Assembly (NCBI GenBank): GCA_046761065.1
Contig: JBHIFL010000041.1
Location: forward strand, 1-38,845
Length of the DNA: 38,845 nt
Reading direction: 5' to 3'
DNA from: Candidatus Heimdallarchaeota archaeon
Lineage (GTDB): Archaea > Asgardarchaeota > Wukongarchaeia > Wukongarchaeales > JBHIFL01
In this document: one piece after another, positions 9,350 through 19,149 of the stretch
How positions within the stretch are numbered: position 1 is the stretch's first letter
How the letters are laid out: every line of letters starts with the position of its first letter
Position numbers and translations under genes: made by a program
The notes under the pieces: generated by a model
Seen by the model: only the letters and a program-made list of their open reading frames with translations
Databases searched by the model: none
What the model was told of the DNA's origin: nothing

Positions 9350-9478
9350 TGGTAGCCCGGGGGAGATTCGAACTCCCGTCGCGGGGTCTCCTCAAGGTTT
9401 CACTGCTCAGTGGAACCTTCCAAAGCCCCACATGAATGACCTGTCAACCCTTTGTTTTGGCCTCTACACTACCGGGCT
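9350..9478 (-). tRNA. tRNA-Gln(UUG) with two introns (9436-9456 at ~21/22; 9388-9419 at 37/38)
   Basis: AGCCCGG/CCGGGCT+A+CCA (A1-U72, typical of archaeal tRNA-Gln), TGGGG-CTTTGGA-CCCCG, GGGAG-TTCGAAT-CTCCC. 129-21-32=76 nt. Confidence 0.92.
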
Positions 9479-9611
9479 TAAAACATCTTTTAATAGAGTG
9501 GCTTTGCCGTTAAAATATTTTTATCGATTCATATTATTTTTCTTATATGCCAGCTCCATCTGATTAGTGTCAGGGCTTACATTTTGAGAGTGAGAAATCC
9601 TTTCTGAGTGG

Positions 9612-9851
9612 CTAAATATCTACAAATATTGCTTCATGTGGGCAGAATGCCTCGCATGCTCGACACTCAAGGCATTCTTGGTTAGAGGTTGGAATAAGTC
9701 TTCTCTCGTCGTCTACCGACTCAACATGTAAAATCTCAACCGGACAACTTCGAACACATAGTCTACAGAGAGTACATCGGTCTATGAGGATTGTAATCTG
9801 AGGCATTCTCGGCACCATGGAATTTGACTCATCATTGGGCATGGGGTTCAC
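9612..9851 (-). CDS. 2[4Fe-4S] ferredoxin (true start probably downstream, at MVPR or MPQI)
   Basis: CTLCRLCVRSCP and CLECRACEAFCP. Confidence 0.9.
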   Translation of the reverse strand: MNPMPNDESNSMVPRMPQITILIDRCTLCRLCVRSCPVEILHVESVDDERRLIPTSNQECLECRACEAFCPHEAIFVDI

Positions 9852-9877
9852 GAAGAAGGGGATTACAACCTCTGATT

Positions 9878-11989
9878 CTACTTTCTGGACCCTAAAACGA
9901 TCTCTTCTCGCATTTCTACGAGGATCCGGTCGATCCGATTAGCAGTTCTTTGTAATCGTCTTGTGTACTCTCTCTGGAGCCTTGCAAAAACTTCCTTACT
10001 TATCCGACCTTTCCTGCGGCGGTCGGTTAACTCTTCCACGCTGCTAAGGATAGTGACTTTCTCAGTTTCATTGACCTCTAACTCTTCGATCATATCTCTG
10101 TAGCGTCTTCCTTCTGCACGCAGTTGTGACTTTAATGTGCTCACTCGCTTTTCAGTTTGCCGTAATTCTCGGTCTAAGACCCGCTTTTCATGTTGATATG
10201 CAGTTCGGGTGATCCTTTTTCGCCGAAATCTTTCATCTATACGCCTTAGCCGTTCATCTAGAGCAGTCTTGTCATTATAGACGGTGACAAAATCTTCAAG
10301 AATTTTTATAGGGATTTCTCGTTCAATGGCTCGAGTTGGGGTAACTCTGATTCGAATTTGATGCATACCAATGTACACGAAACCTAGGATAAACAGGAAT
10401 GCAGAGATAAAGAGGGGAATCTGGAGTAAAGCAAAGGATGGACTTCGATAAACAACTGTAATGCTACCATAGTGGTATTCGAAGAGGTTTTGGGCTGTTA
10501 GCGTCATTTTTTGTCTTTGAATTAATCGCCCAAACCCGGTTTCTTCTTGAATCTCGCCGCTACGTGTCAAGTATACCTGCTTATCCGATGTTCCATTTAT
10601 TTCAAAGATGGAGGTATTTTGGAAGTAATCTGGGTGGAATGTTCCCCCTTCTGGAAGAATGATGTGCTCTGTTAGTTCTCGGATCGTCCAATTGAACCCG
10701 CTGACCACGGGTAGTTCTAACGTCAGAAATCCTGTGGTATCGTCAATAGTAATGTGTTCCTCAAGTGGTAATCTATAGGAGAAATAGAACTCATAGGAAC
10801 TCGTACCTCGTAGAACGTTTCGAAAGGTAAACTCAACACTTGAAAAGTTTCCCGATTCAGTTACATCCAACGTGAGATTTCCCATTGCATCGTACCCTGT
10901 CAACTGGGAAGCGTTTTGAGGGATTATTAGTTTCACTTTTTCAAGCCCACGAACTGGCGTCCCAGTTAGTTCGGCTCCGTTCACTTGAATAAACTGGCGT
11001 TCTGTAACAAGCAAATAGCCCCAGGGGACGATTCTTACCGTTCGTTCAGTTTCAAGACATGTTGCTAAAGGTCTTATTGAAGTATACTCGAAATGTACCC
11101 AAGGGATAATATCCGTTGCTGTCAAATTACCATACGTTTCGTTTGTATAAGTAATGTTCGCAAAAGTGATGGAATTTGTCCCAACTAATGGAATTAGATC
11201 TATTAGTGACACATTCGCGATTTTCAGCGAGGTGCTAGTCGTTGTGTAATTTATACCATATTTCATGGTTTGGTTTACAGCTGAAAATGGGAAATTGAAG
11301 GCAATTGTCTCGTTCTTTAGAGTTCCTAGACTGGGGATCTTGATTTCTTCTTCAAAGGTGGCGTTGAAGGGCATGACGGGAGTAAGGGTCCAGTTAAAGG
11401 TAAAGTATTGGTCATTATCTTTACGTTGCACGGTCATCCGGTCATCGAAGGCATACATCACATAGAACTTAAGTTCATCGTTTTTTGTGACATTTAGAAA
11501 TCCTGACTCCACACTGGGGAAAAATATGCGGAGATCTGTAAAACCGTTAGTTCTAGGAGGCATCATTTGGTAGGAGATATCAGTTACGTTTTGTTCAGCG
11601 GAGGAGAGGTTGAAACGGCCGCCCGCAAAAGTAAATAAGGTCTGTGGATTAAAATATTCGGAGGGGTATGTAATATTCAGGGTGTTAAAGAGTGCAGATC
11701 CTGTTAGATTGTTCATGATAATGAATGAATCATTCATGAGGATAATTCCATAATCATTAATTTTGATTAAGCGTTTCAGCTCGACAGTTGCATTCCCGTT
11801 AAATGGAAAGAGTGTCTCAGGAGTTTCTTGGGCTGTACCAAGGATTGTAGAGCTAATAATTGGGCTCTGGATATTTGAATGAGTCTGGTTTTCAGCTATC
11901 GTTTTGCTGGAGGATTCAAGGATTGAAATAATTGTTAACAATAAGATTACAAACACAAGCCAAGCCTTTCGATTTCTCAAGCTAAACAC
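9878..11989 (-). CDS. Ribophorin I (OST1)-like oligosaccharyltransferase subunit
   Basis: Signal peptide, two beta-rich luminal lobes (RLIKINDYG; RTVRIVPWGYLLVTE...NGAELTG; YDAMGNL; IILPEGG), many N-x-S/T sequons, one TM helix, and a cytosolic helical tail. Confidence 0.8.
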   Translation of the reverse strand: MFSLRNRKAWLVFVILLLTIISILESSSKTIAENQTHSNIQSPIISSTILGTAQETPETLFPFNGNATVELKRLIKINDYGIILMNDSFIIMNNLTGSALFNTLNITYPSEYFNPQTLFTFAGGRFNLSSAEQNVTDISYQMMPPRTNGFTDLRIFFPSVESGFLNVTKNDELKFYVMYAFDDRMTVQRKDNDQYFTFNWTLTPVMPFNATFEEEIKIPSLGTLKNETIAFNFPFSAVNQTMKYGINYTTTSTSLKIANVSLIDLIPLVGTNSITFANITYTNETYGNLTATDIIPWVHFEYTSIRPLATCLETERTVRIVPWGYLLVTERQFIQVNGAELTGTPVRGLEKVKLIIPQNASQLTGYDAMGNLTLDVTESGNFSSVEFTFRNVLRGTSSYEFYFSYRLPLEEHITIDDTTGFLTLELPVVSGFNWTIRELTEHIILPEGGTFHPDYFQNTSIFEINGTSDKQVYLTRSGEIQEETGFGRLIQRQKMTLTAQNLFEYHYGSITVVYRSPSFALLQIPLFISAFLFILGFVYIGMHQIRIRVTPTRAIEREIPIKILEDFVTVYNDKTALDERLRRIDERFRRKRITRTAYQHEKRVLDRELRQTEKRVSTLKSQLRAEGRRYRDMIEELEVNETEKVTILSSVEELTDRRRKGRISKEVFARLQREYTRRLQRTANRIDRILVEMREEIVLGSRK

Positions 11990-12534
11990 GCCCGTCTCCT
12001 ATCTATTAACCATGTAAAGCGTCTATTAGAACCTAGAGAATGGTCCATATCGCCCAATTATTCAAAACTTTTTAAGACCTTCTACGAGTCCTGCTCTTTG
12101 TTAAGCTTTTAAATTCTTCCAAAAGTCCACACGCGATTCATCCAATCGTGATAGCTCCTTAGTAGGTTTTTTAGTTTCTTTGAATCAGGAATTGATCTAC
12201 ATCTTTGTTACCTATGGTGTATACATCTTATCTAGCCTTATTTATTCATAGGGCGGAGTTTTGGGGTTTTATGAATCCTTCATGGATCTCCGGAAAATAC
12301 ACAAAACTAAGCCTTTTAATTCATTATGCTCCTTACTATTCTTCCGTAGGCATTTATCGTGTTGAGTGTTGGGATTCGTAAGTCCACTGTGTGGACTTGT
12401 ACCGAAAAAGAAAGATATGAGTGAATTCAGCGCCTGGGGAATACTTCAGTAACCATTAAAAGCATATAAAACATTCCCCATTCTTCTATTGTTTGATCAT
12501 AGAAGATATCCAGGCATCATCTGGAGTGAAGTCG

Positions 12535-12822
12535 ATGAAAATCCAAATCAAATATTTTGCGGCACTTCGTGAAATTGTTGGAAAGAAAGCTGAATCTATT
12601 GAACTGGACGGTGGAGTACGTGTTCAAGATGTTATCACCCACCTTGTTGAGACATATGGATCGCCTCTCGAGCAACACCTTTTTGATAAGCAAGGCAAAT
12701 TGAGTACAAGTTATCAGCTTCTTATTAATGGGATCAACATAAGCACGCTTGAAGGCTTGGAGACACCACTCAACGAAGGAGACACTCTCGCAATTTTACC
12801 TCCTGTTGGCGGGGGAGCATGA
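12535..12822 (+). CDS. MoaD/ThiS/SAMP ubiquitin-like protein
   Basis: KYFAALREIVG...LLING...LETPLNEGDTLAILPPVGGGA*. Confidence 0.9.
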   Translation: MKIQIKYFAALREIVGKKAESIELDGGVRVQDVITHLVETYGSPLEQHLFDKQGKLSTSYQLLINGINISTLEGLETPLNEGDTLAILPPVGGGA

Positions 12823-12928
12823 TCCTAACTGACTATATAATGAATTGAACTCTTTCATGGCATTTTCTAGAATAGGCTCTAACTCCATTCTGAAAGTAAG
12901 CCTTTCTTCCGAACTGGAGGAAATTTTG

Positions 12929-13789
12929 ATGAGGATTCAAAAGGTAACGGAAGAAGAGTTAGACTATGTCTCAGCGATTTGTCTTGATCCTAGCATTGGG
13001 AAAAAAAACCGACATACAATGCAGAAAGGCATGACCGCCCGAATTCGCTGGATTAAACAGATGTTGCCAAAAGGTCTTGAAATCTTTATTGCTTTGGAAA
13101 AGCCGAAACTCGAAAAAATCAAATATAAATGGGCGGGAGAAATACTACACGCCGATTTGGCCGTGCATGGCTGGGTCCCAAAGGGATTGCTGGAAAGTGT
13201 GCCAATTGAATACGCTCTTGAGCCTGTAACAGGTAAAAAATGTCTTTTCATTCATTGTATTTGGATCCTGCCCCCCTTTTGGCACACAGGGGTAGCAAAA
13301 AAACTTGTGGAAGCCTTCCTCCAAAATGCACAACAAGTTGGTGGAGCTAGTGTGCTTGCTTATGAGGGGGACAAATGGTTTGATACCTCTATAAAATACA
13401 TGCCTGCTAGCTTCTTTGAAAGATTTGGGTTTGAAGAAGTTGCTAGAGACCGGAGCCGTGTTCTCCTTTTCTTGGATCTCGGTATCAAAGAGCCACCAAA
13501 ACTCCTTTCCCCAAAAACAAAGAGATATTATGAAAAAGACAAAATCACGATTGATGTGTTGTTTAATAGCCAATGTCCTTGATCAAAATTGATGGTTGAT
13601 CACATTCAAACTAAAATCAAGAAATATCCTGAAATAACAGTTAATCTTGTCAAGACAAACGACTGAAAAACGATTGAAGAATTTGGCATGACCCGAGGAA
13701 TATGTATCAATGGGAATCCAGTTATCAGAAGAATGGCCTCATGGAACGAAATTCGATCCGAATTTGAGAAATGCTTAAAACAACTATAG
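12929..13789 (+). pseudogene. GNAT acetyltransferase with C-terminal thioredoxin-like (YoaP-like) domain, two in-frame TGA
   Basis: FIHCIWI...TGVAKKL, FFERFGF. The frame continues QCP*SKLMV...TND*KTIEEFGMTRGICING to TAG 13789 (TGA at 13580 and 13664). Confidence 0.75.
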
Positions 13790-13841
13790 GTCGTGCTTAA
13801 ACTTATCCTTGTAAATTATCTAAATACGTTAAGGGAATACT

Positions 13842-15764
13842 TTACACTTGACGGGAGAAAATCGGTTGAAGCGAGACTCGTTTGGGGAGTGGGAGTGGCA
13901 ACATTGGCCAACCAGTTGTACGTTCGTTAACATACGAGATGAGGTCCTCTAAACTCATTGTCACCCGTGTATTTCGCCGCCGAATTCGGACGGGCAACAT
14001 TTCGGACTGTTGTTCTTTCGCTCCGACAACAACGATAAGGGGGGTCCATAAGCTCTCTGCCGCCCGCACCCTTTTTCCCACGGTTTCTCGGCGGTCATCA
14101 ACATCTGCACGAATGCTTGCGGCCTCCAACTTGGCTACTAAGTGGTCTGCAAACTCAATAAAGTCTTCAGAGACCGGGATTAAACGTACTTGGACTGGAG
14201 AAAGCCAGAGGGGAAATTCGGGGACGCCACCTTGGAGTTGGATTTTATATTCGCGTTCTAAGATGGCATAGATGATACGTTCAATAGCGCCACTGGCGGA
14301 GGTGTGGAGGAGGAGGGGAAATTTCTCTAAACCATCGCGGTCATGGTAGACGATACCGAAGCGTCGGGCATTTTCAACATCGATCTGTACAGTGGAAAGG
14401 GCGGCAGCTTTTTGCTGATTGTCTACTACATTAAACTCGAATTTCAAATTGAAATAGCCAGGAGATCTCCTGAAAACCTCGATAAGCGCCGGGTACTTGA
14501 GTTTTTGAACCATCCCAGCGATCCAACCTTTTTCTTGGTCGAATAAAGGCATATTTTCAGAATTCAGGACACGAAAAGCGGCGTAATAGGTGATATCATA
14601 GGCGTCCATCATTTCGCGGGACAAATCGAATTGGTTTTCAAATTCTTCCTTGGCTTGATCCATATTCGCTGCAATGGTATGCATATCAGGCATAGTGAAA
14701 CCCCGCAAGCGGCGGAGCCCTGCGATTTCACCTCTCTGTTCACGACGAAAGGAGCTGGCGGTTTCAAACATCTTGACGGGTAGGACGCGATAGCTCAACG
14801 TACTGTCAGCTTTAATCAAGAATTGGCCAAAACAGGCAGAGAATCGAAGGAAGTATTTATGGTCCCCACTTTGGACAGTATACTGCCGAGCCGGGAAACG
14901 TTGCAGATATTTGGTCAGAGCCGGGTGCTCGTAGTCGTACATAATGGGTGTTTCAACAGGAATTCCTCCATATTTAAGCAATCGGGCTTCGACATCACGT
15001 TCCAAGAGTTTTTTGACCAACCAACCTCGTGGATAGTAGCGAAAGTTTCCTGGATCACTCCCGGGTTCATAGTCAACAAGTTCCAGCTTCTGCATCAAGG
15101 CCACATGGGGGGGAGGTTCTTCAGCCTCGCGTTTTTTTTGTAACTCATAATGAACAAAGTTCTCAAATTCTTCGAAATCGCCGCTAGAGAAATCAAACTC
15201 CTCTGCTGGAGTTATTTTCCCACCAGGCGTCATGATATAAAATATAGAGGTCGCTTCAGCCTCTTCTGCAAGCTGAACACCCGTGTCATCGGGTATTTCT
15301 TCTTCGGGGAGAATTTCACTTACACCACGCTCCGGAGCTTCCCGTGGGGGTTTAATCCAGCGCGATAGCTCTGAGAGAGGATGGCCTTTACAAAACAACC
15401 GGAAGGCTTTATACCAGCCAAACGGCCCTCGATGAACAGTCATGCTCTCATTTCTTAGGAGCCCTTCAAGCTCTTTGAGGACATAGAGCGCGGTCTTCGG
15501 ATCTGAAGGTGTATCAGACAGGTGTACCCAGGGGTAGACTACGATATTCTGCTCTTGCAGCTGCTTTGCCACAGCCAAGACTTCTTTTGCTGCTTCTTTG
15601 GCAACACCTTCTGGGTTGGTCTCATCCCCTTTTTCTACAGTGGAAAAAACGACAAGGCACTGATCTATGTCAAACCGTCCTCCCGGGGCGGGTTCAGCCT
15701 GTTTTATAGCCTGTTTCTTGGGTTCATAGCCGAATTGGTCGGAATGGATAAGTAATACTTTCAT
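13842..15764 (-). CDS. thrS: Threonyl-tRNA synthetase (archaeal type with N-terminal editing domain)
   Basis: LLIHSD, PFGWYKAF.L.CKGHPLSELSR, FLRFSACFGQF, FRREQRGE, FTMPDMHT, SGAIER, and anticodon-binding domain. Confidence 0.97.
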   Translation of the reverse strand: MKVLLIHSDQFGYEPKKQAIKQAEPAPGGRFDIDQCLVVFSTVEKGDETNPEGVAKEAAKEVLAVAKQLQEQNIVVYPWVHLSDTPSDPKTALYVLKELEGLLRNESMTVHRGPFGWYKAFRLFCKGHPLSELSRWIKPPREAPERGVSEILPEEEIPDDTGVQLAEEAEATSIFYIMTPGGKITPAEEFDFSSGDFEEFENFVHYELQKKREAEEPPPHVALMQKLELVDYEPGSDPGNFRYYPRGWLVKKLLERDVEARLLKYGGIPVETPIMYDYEHPALTKYLQRFPARQYTVQSGDHKYFLRFSACFGQFLIKADSTLSYRVLPVKMFETASSFRREQRGEIAGLRRLRGFTMPDMHTIAANMDQAKEEFENQFDLSREMMDAYDITYYAAFRVLNSENMPLFDQEKGWIAGMVQKLKYPALIEVFRRSPGYFNLKFEFNVVDNQQKAAALSTVQIDVENARRFGIVYHDRDGLEKFPLLLHTSASGAIERIIYAILEREYKIQLQGGVPEFPLWLSPVQVRLIPVSEDFIEFADHLVAKLEAASIRADVDDRRETVGKRVRAAESLWTPLIVVVGAKEQQSEMLPVRIRRRNTRVTMSLEDLISYVNERTTGWPMLPLPLPKRVSLQPIFSRQV

Positions 15765-16474
15765 AGATAGTGTCTCCTCTGTACCCAGTAGTTCACATTA
15801 ACCCTAGAAAAGAATGGAAGAATGACGGCGTCTTGTAACAAGCGTACAAACTGAAAAACAAAAGGCCCCATGTGTGGAATCAAAGCCACACTGTTTGGCA
15901 GGACATCATCTCATTCCTCCATTTAGGATGCTTCCTCACGGTTATCATTAAAAAATCTTTTTATAATCTCCAATTCGTATCAATGAAAGGACTTCCTCGA
16001 CAAAGATGACTCGTACCCCTTCAAAAGAGTTTTATAAGCATCAAAATGATTTAAAATTGACTAATTAGCTTCGAAAGTTCTTTTATTGAGATAGGAAACA
16101 GTTGGAAGCGTCTATGAGATGATAATAACTAAACAGGCCATGAAGTGCTCTTGGTAATGGATAACACGCACGATCTTGGTGCATCAGATACCGCTTGATG
16201 GAAAGCCTCCTCAATCTTCAAACGCACATGTGTTCAAAGGCGCATGTCAAAAGGCAGGAATAGTGGAGAAATCCACAGCAAAACCCCGATCTATATCACA
16301 TTTCTTGTCCGAGCTCCTTTGTCGAGATTCTTAATGGTGCCTTATTACTAAAACTGAGTATGTCTCTTTTCCCCGATTGAAAGATCAGCAAAATAGTCAC
16401 TGGATAGAATAAGGACCATAAGTCCTTAGCAACTTAAATAGGAATCCTTCATCGGGACATGTGAGGTAACAAAA

Positions 16475-17314
16475 ATGGAAATCAAACCATCAGAAAAGAA
16501 AGAGTTGGTTACGAGTCAACAAAGACTGATTGTACCAATAAAGAGAAACCATAATACAGTCGAAATCCGAACGGAGAACCTGTCCAAGGTTTTCGGCCCC
16601 ATTGAAGCCCTTAAACCATTGAATTTGGAAGTGCGTAAGGGTAGCACTTTTGGTTATTTGGGACCAAATGGCGCAGGGAAGACAACCACAGTACGCATTC
16701 TCTCCGGCCTTCTTCAACCAAGTGGTGGGACGGCCACCGTCTGTGGTTTCGATGTCTCCAGTCAGAGAAATGCCATTAAGGCAGTCACTGGATTGCTTCC
16801 TGAGGCTCCCGGTCTCTATTCGAAACTCTCGGCAGTCGAATTCTTAGAATTCATCGGTGCCCTCAACGATCTTAGTGGTGAGGTTGTGCATCGACGGATC
16901 GATCGTTTGCTGGGTCTTTTGGGCTTTGGGGGGCGGCAAGACGATTTACTTGAAAGTTATAGCTCAGGAATGAAGCAAAAGGTCCTGATTGCATCGACAC
17001 TTCTGCATGAACCCCGGTTGGTCTTCCTTGACGAGCCCACCTCCCGCCTCGACCCTGCGGCGAGTGCCTTAGTCAAGGAACTGATCCTTGCCATGGCCAA
17101 AGAAACTGACACGACCTTTTTCATCTGCACCCACATGACTGACCTTGCCGAGGATGTATGTGACATCATTGGTATCCTGAATGAAGGTCAACTTACAGTC
17201 TTAGGGCCACCCCAGGAAATTATCAGCACTGTGAGCGCCCGCGATCTAGAGGACGCCTACCTAAAAATTGTGGGCGGAAAGGTCGACCGAGAAAAGCTCC
17301 TCAGCTGGAGGTAG
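16475..17314 (+). CDS. ABC transporter ATP-binding protein
   Basis: GPNGAGKTT, YSSGMKQK, VFLDEPT, CTH. Confidence 0.95.
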   Translation: MEIKPSEKKELVTSQQRLIVPIKRNHNTVEIRTENLSKVFGPIEALKPLNLEVRKGSTFGYLGPNGAGKTTTVRILSGLLQPSGGTATVCGFDVSSQRNAIKAVTGLLPEAPGLYSKLSAVEFLEFIGALNDLSGEVVHRRIDRLLGLLGFGGRQDDLLESYSSGMKQKVLIASTLLHEPRLVFLDEPTSRLDPAASALVKELILAMAKETDTTFFICTHMTDLAEDVCDIIGILNEGQLTVLGPPQEIISTVSARDLEDAYLKIVGGKVDREKLLSWR

Positions 17315-17319
17315 AAAAA

Positions 17320-18957
17320 ATGGTAAGACATGGCTGGGCGATTGCCAAAGCTGAATATTTTGCCCAAATGTCACGGTTTCATCGCCGAAGAACGGCATTT
17401 ATTGTTGTGGTAACCCTCTTTGGCGTTGTCTGGGCCCTCATCATCACCCCCTTACTTATTTCGAGGTTTCTAGACTGGTTAAGGGCCGAGTTTGAGGTCC
17501 TCCTAATGATCGCCTTACCGGGGGTAATGCGGGCTGTCATTCTCATGCTCTGGGTTATGGTGTTTGTTTTTCCCATCACCTACGCGCTCCAAGAGATCAA
17601 AATCGGGCAATGGGAGATCATCCTGAGTCACAATGTAAGCACTCGCGCCCTCCTTTTCGGAACCTTCGTAGGCAAGATCCCGACCTACAGCTTGCTGGTG
17701 TTGTTTCTGGCGCCGGTCCTGATCACACCCTTCACCACCGTCTTCCAAGTATCGGTGCTAGGGCAAGCACTCATTTACGGCGTTGTATTCCTCGTTACTC
17801 TCAGCACCCTGTGGTTCTCCACGGTAATATCCACAGCCATCCAAGCTAAACTCGGAGAATCACCAAGGGGGAAGGATATAGCCAAAGGGTTGAGTATAGT
17901 TATAAGCCTTGTCTTTATTATTCCCTTATATGGGCTTATGTACTTTGCGGAGTCCTTTACTGCCATCATAGGCTTAGATGTGTTCCAGGTGCTCCCCTTT
18001 ACTTGGGGTGCTGATCTGATCACTTGGACCATCATCTACTATAATGGGATGAATCTACCAACGGCCGTAATAAACACTTTTGAAACCCTACTAGGCTTTA
18101 ATGCTCTATTCGATTTCGTACTACTCGTAGGGTTTTTGGTTGGCATGGTTGGTGTCGGTTTCCTAACAGCTGATCGCCTGTTCCACTTCGGGGTCGGAAC
18201 CCGGGCTGAAAAAATAACTACGGTCGGACCGGAGAATATGTTTCTCCGGGGACTCCGACGCCTAATCCCAGGACCTTTCGGAGTGTTGGTAGTCACTTCC
18301 TTCAAGGACTTCGCGCGTAAAGTGCAGAACCTGTCCCAATTAGGGCTCGGATTGGCTATGGCTGTGATCCTTCCAATCATTCAGCAGTACTTATTCACAA
18401 ACGCCCTCCCCCTATTTCTCATCCTGCTTGTAGTAAGCCTGATAATGGGAATGTTCAGTGGCTTAGTTTTTGGGGGAATCGGCTTTTTAGAGTCCCAAGA
18501 CCAGCTTTGGATCATAAAAAGCGCCCCCAAGGGTGTGACTAAGTTTGTGAAAGCCCGGTTAACCGAGGCCCTCCTCTTAGGTGTCCCATTAGCCATACTT
18601 CCCTCGGTGGTTGTCTCTATCATTACGGGATTAGGGATCGGAGAGTTGCTCCTCGTCCTCGGGAACACTTACGTCATGATCTGCGGGGGAGTGTTGGTAG
18701 CTACTGGCATCACCGCGAATAATCCCTCCTACGAAAACACGAAGAGTAGCGCCTTCACCACCAACAAGATGGTGTCCATGCTGATCATCAGTTTTACACC
18801 GCAAGGAATTCTGTTTACCGCCATTTTCTTTAGAGCATTCTGGATTATTGATAATATTGCATACTTTATATTAGCAAATAGTCTTCCAATCATCTTCTTA
18901 GGCCTCGTCCTTTGTTTCATTGGCACCAGACGCTTAGCTAGATCCGAAAAGGTGTGA
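17320..18957 (+). CDS. Putative ABC exporter permease (multi-TM)
   Basis: About 13 hydrophobic segments in two halves; starts 5 nt after the ATPase. Confidence 0.8.
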   Translation: MVRHGWAIAKAEYFAQMSRFHRRRTAFIVVVTLFGVVWALIITPLLISRFLDWLRAEFEVLLMIALPGVMRAVILMLWVMVFVFPITYALQEIKIGQWEIILSHNVSTRALLFGTFVGKIPTYSLLVLFLAPVLITPFTTVFQVSVLGQALIYGVVFLVTLSTLWFSTVISTAIQAKLGESPRGKDIAKGLSIVISLVFIIPLYGLMYFAESFTAIIGLDVFQVLPFTWGADLITWTIIYYNGMNLPTAVINTFETLLGFNALFDFVLLVGFLVGMVGVGFLTADRLFHFGVGTRAEKITTVGPENMFLRGLRRLIPGPFGVLVVTSFKDFARKVQNLSQLGLGLAMAVILPIIQQYLFTNALPLFLILLVVSLIMGMFSGLVFGGIGFLESQDQLWIIKSAPKGVTKFVKARLTEALLLGVPLAILPSVVVSIITGLGIGELLLVLGNTYVMICGGVLVATGITANNPSYENTKSSAFTTNKMVSMLIISFTPQGILFTAIFFRAFWIIDNIAYFILANSLPIIFLGLVLCFIGTRRLARSEKV

Positions 18958-19149
18958 CCAAGTAACGTTCACATTGACATACAGTGTAGCTACTGGACAT
19001 GGGAGGAAAAAAATCAGTTGAGCGAAATTTCCTCCTCTCCTCTTTCCTTTTTTGCCCCATATTGGATTTTAAAAGTCCATTTCTAGTTGTTAACATAGCC
19101 TTAGCAACATATATAGGATTGTCTACTTAGTTAAAATGAGGAACCCAAT

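Noticed and set aside
12380-12398. Hairpin AAGTCCAC-TGT-GTGGACTT upstream of moaD as a Moco riboswitch
   Set aside because: Isolated stem with no multi-stem architecture.
13574-13582. Selenocysteine at CP-TGA
   Set aside because: The position fits QCP[W/F], a second TGA follows at an Arg-like site, and no SECIS is evident.
15804-15914. Cys-rich mini-ORF (MR*CPAKQCG...CFSVC) or box C/D RNA upstream of thrS
   Set aside because: Stop at codon 3, imperfect box C, and no convincing box D.
16130-16260. Transposase remnant (RLKIEEAFH on the minus strand)
   Set aside because: One short motif only, with no terminal repeats.
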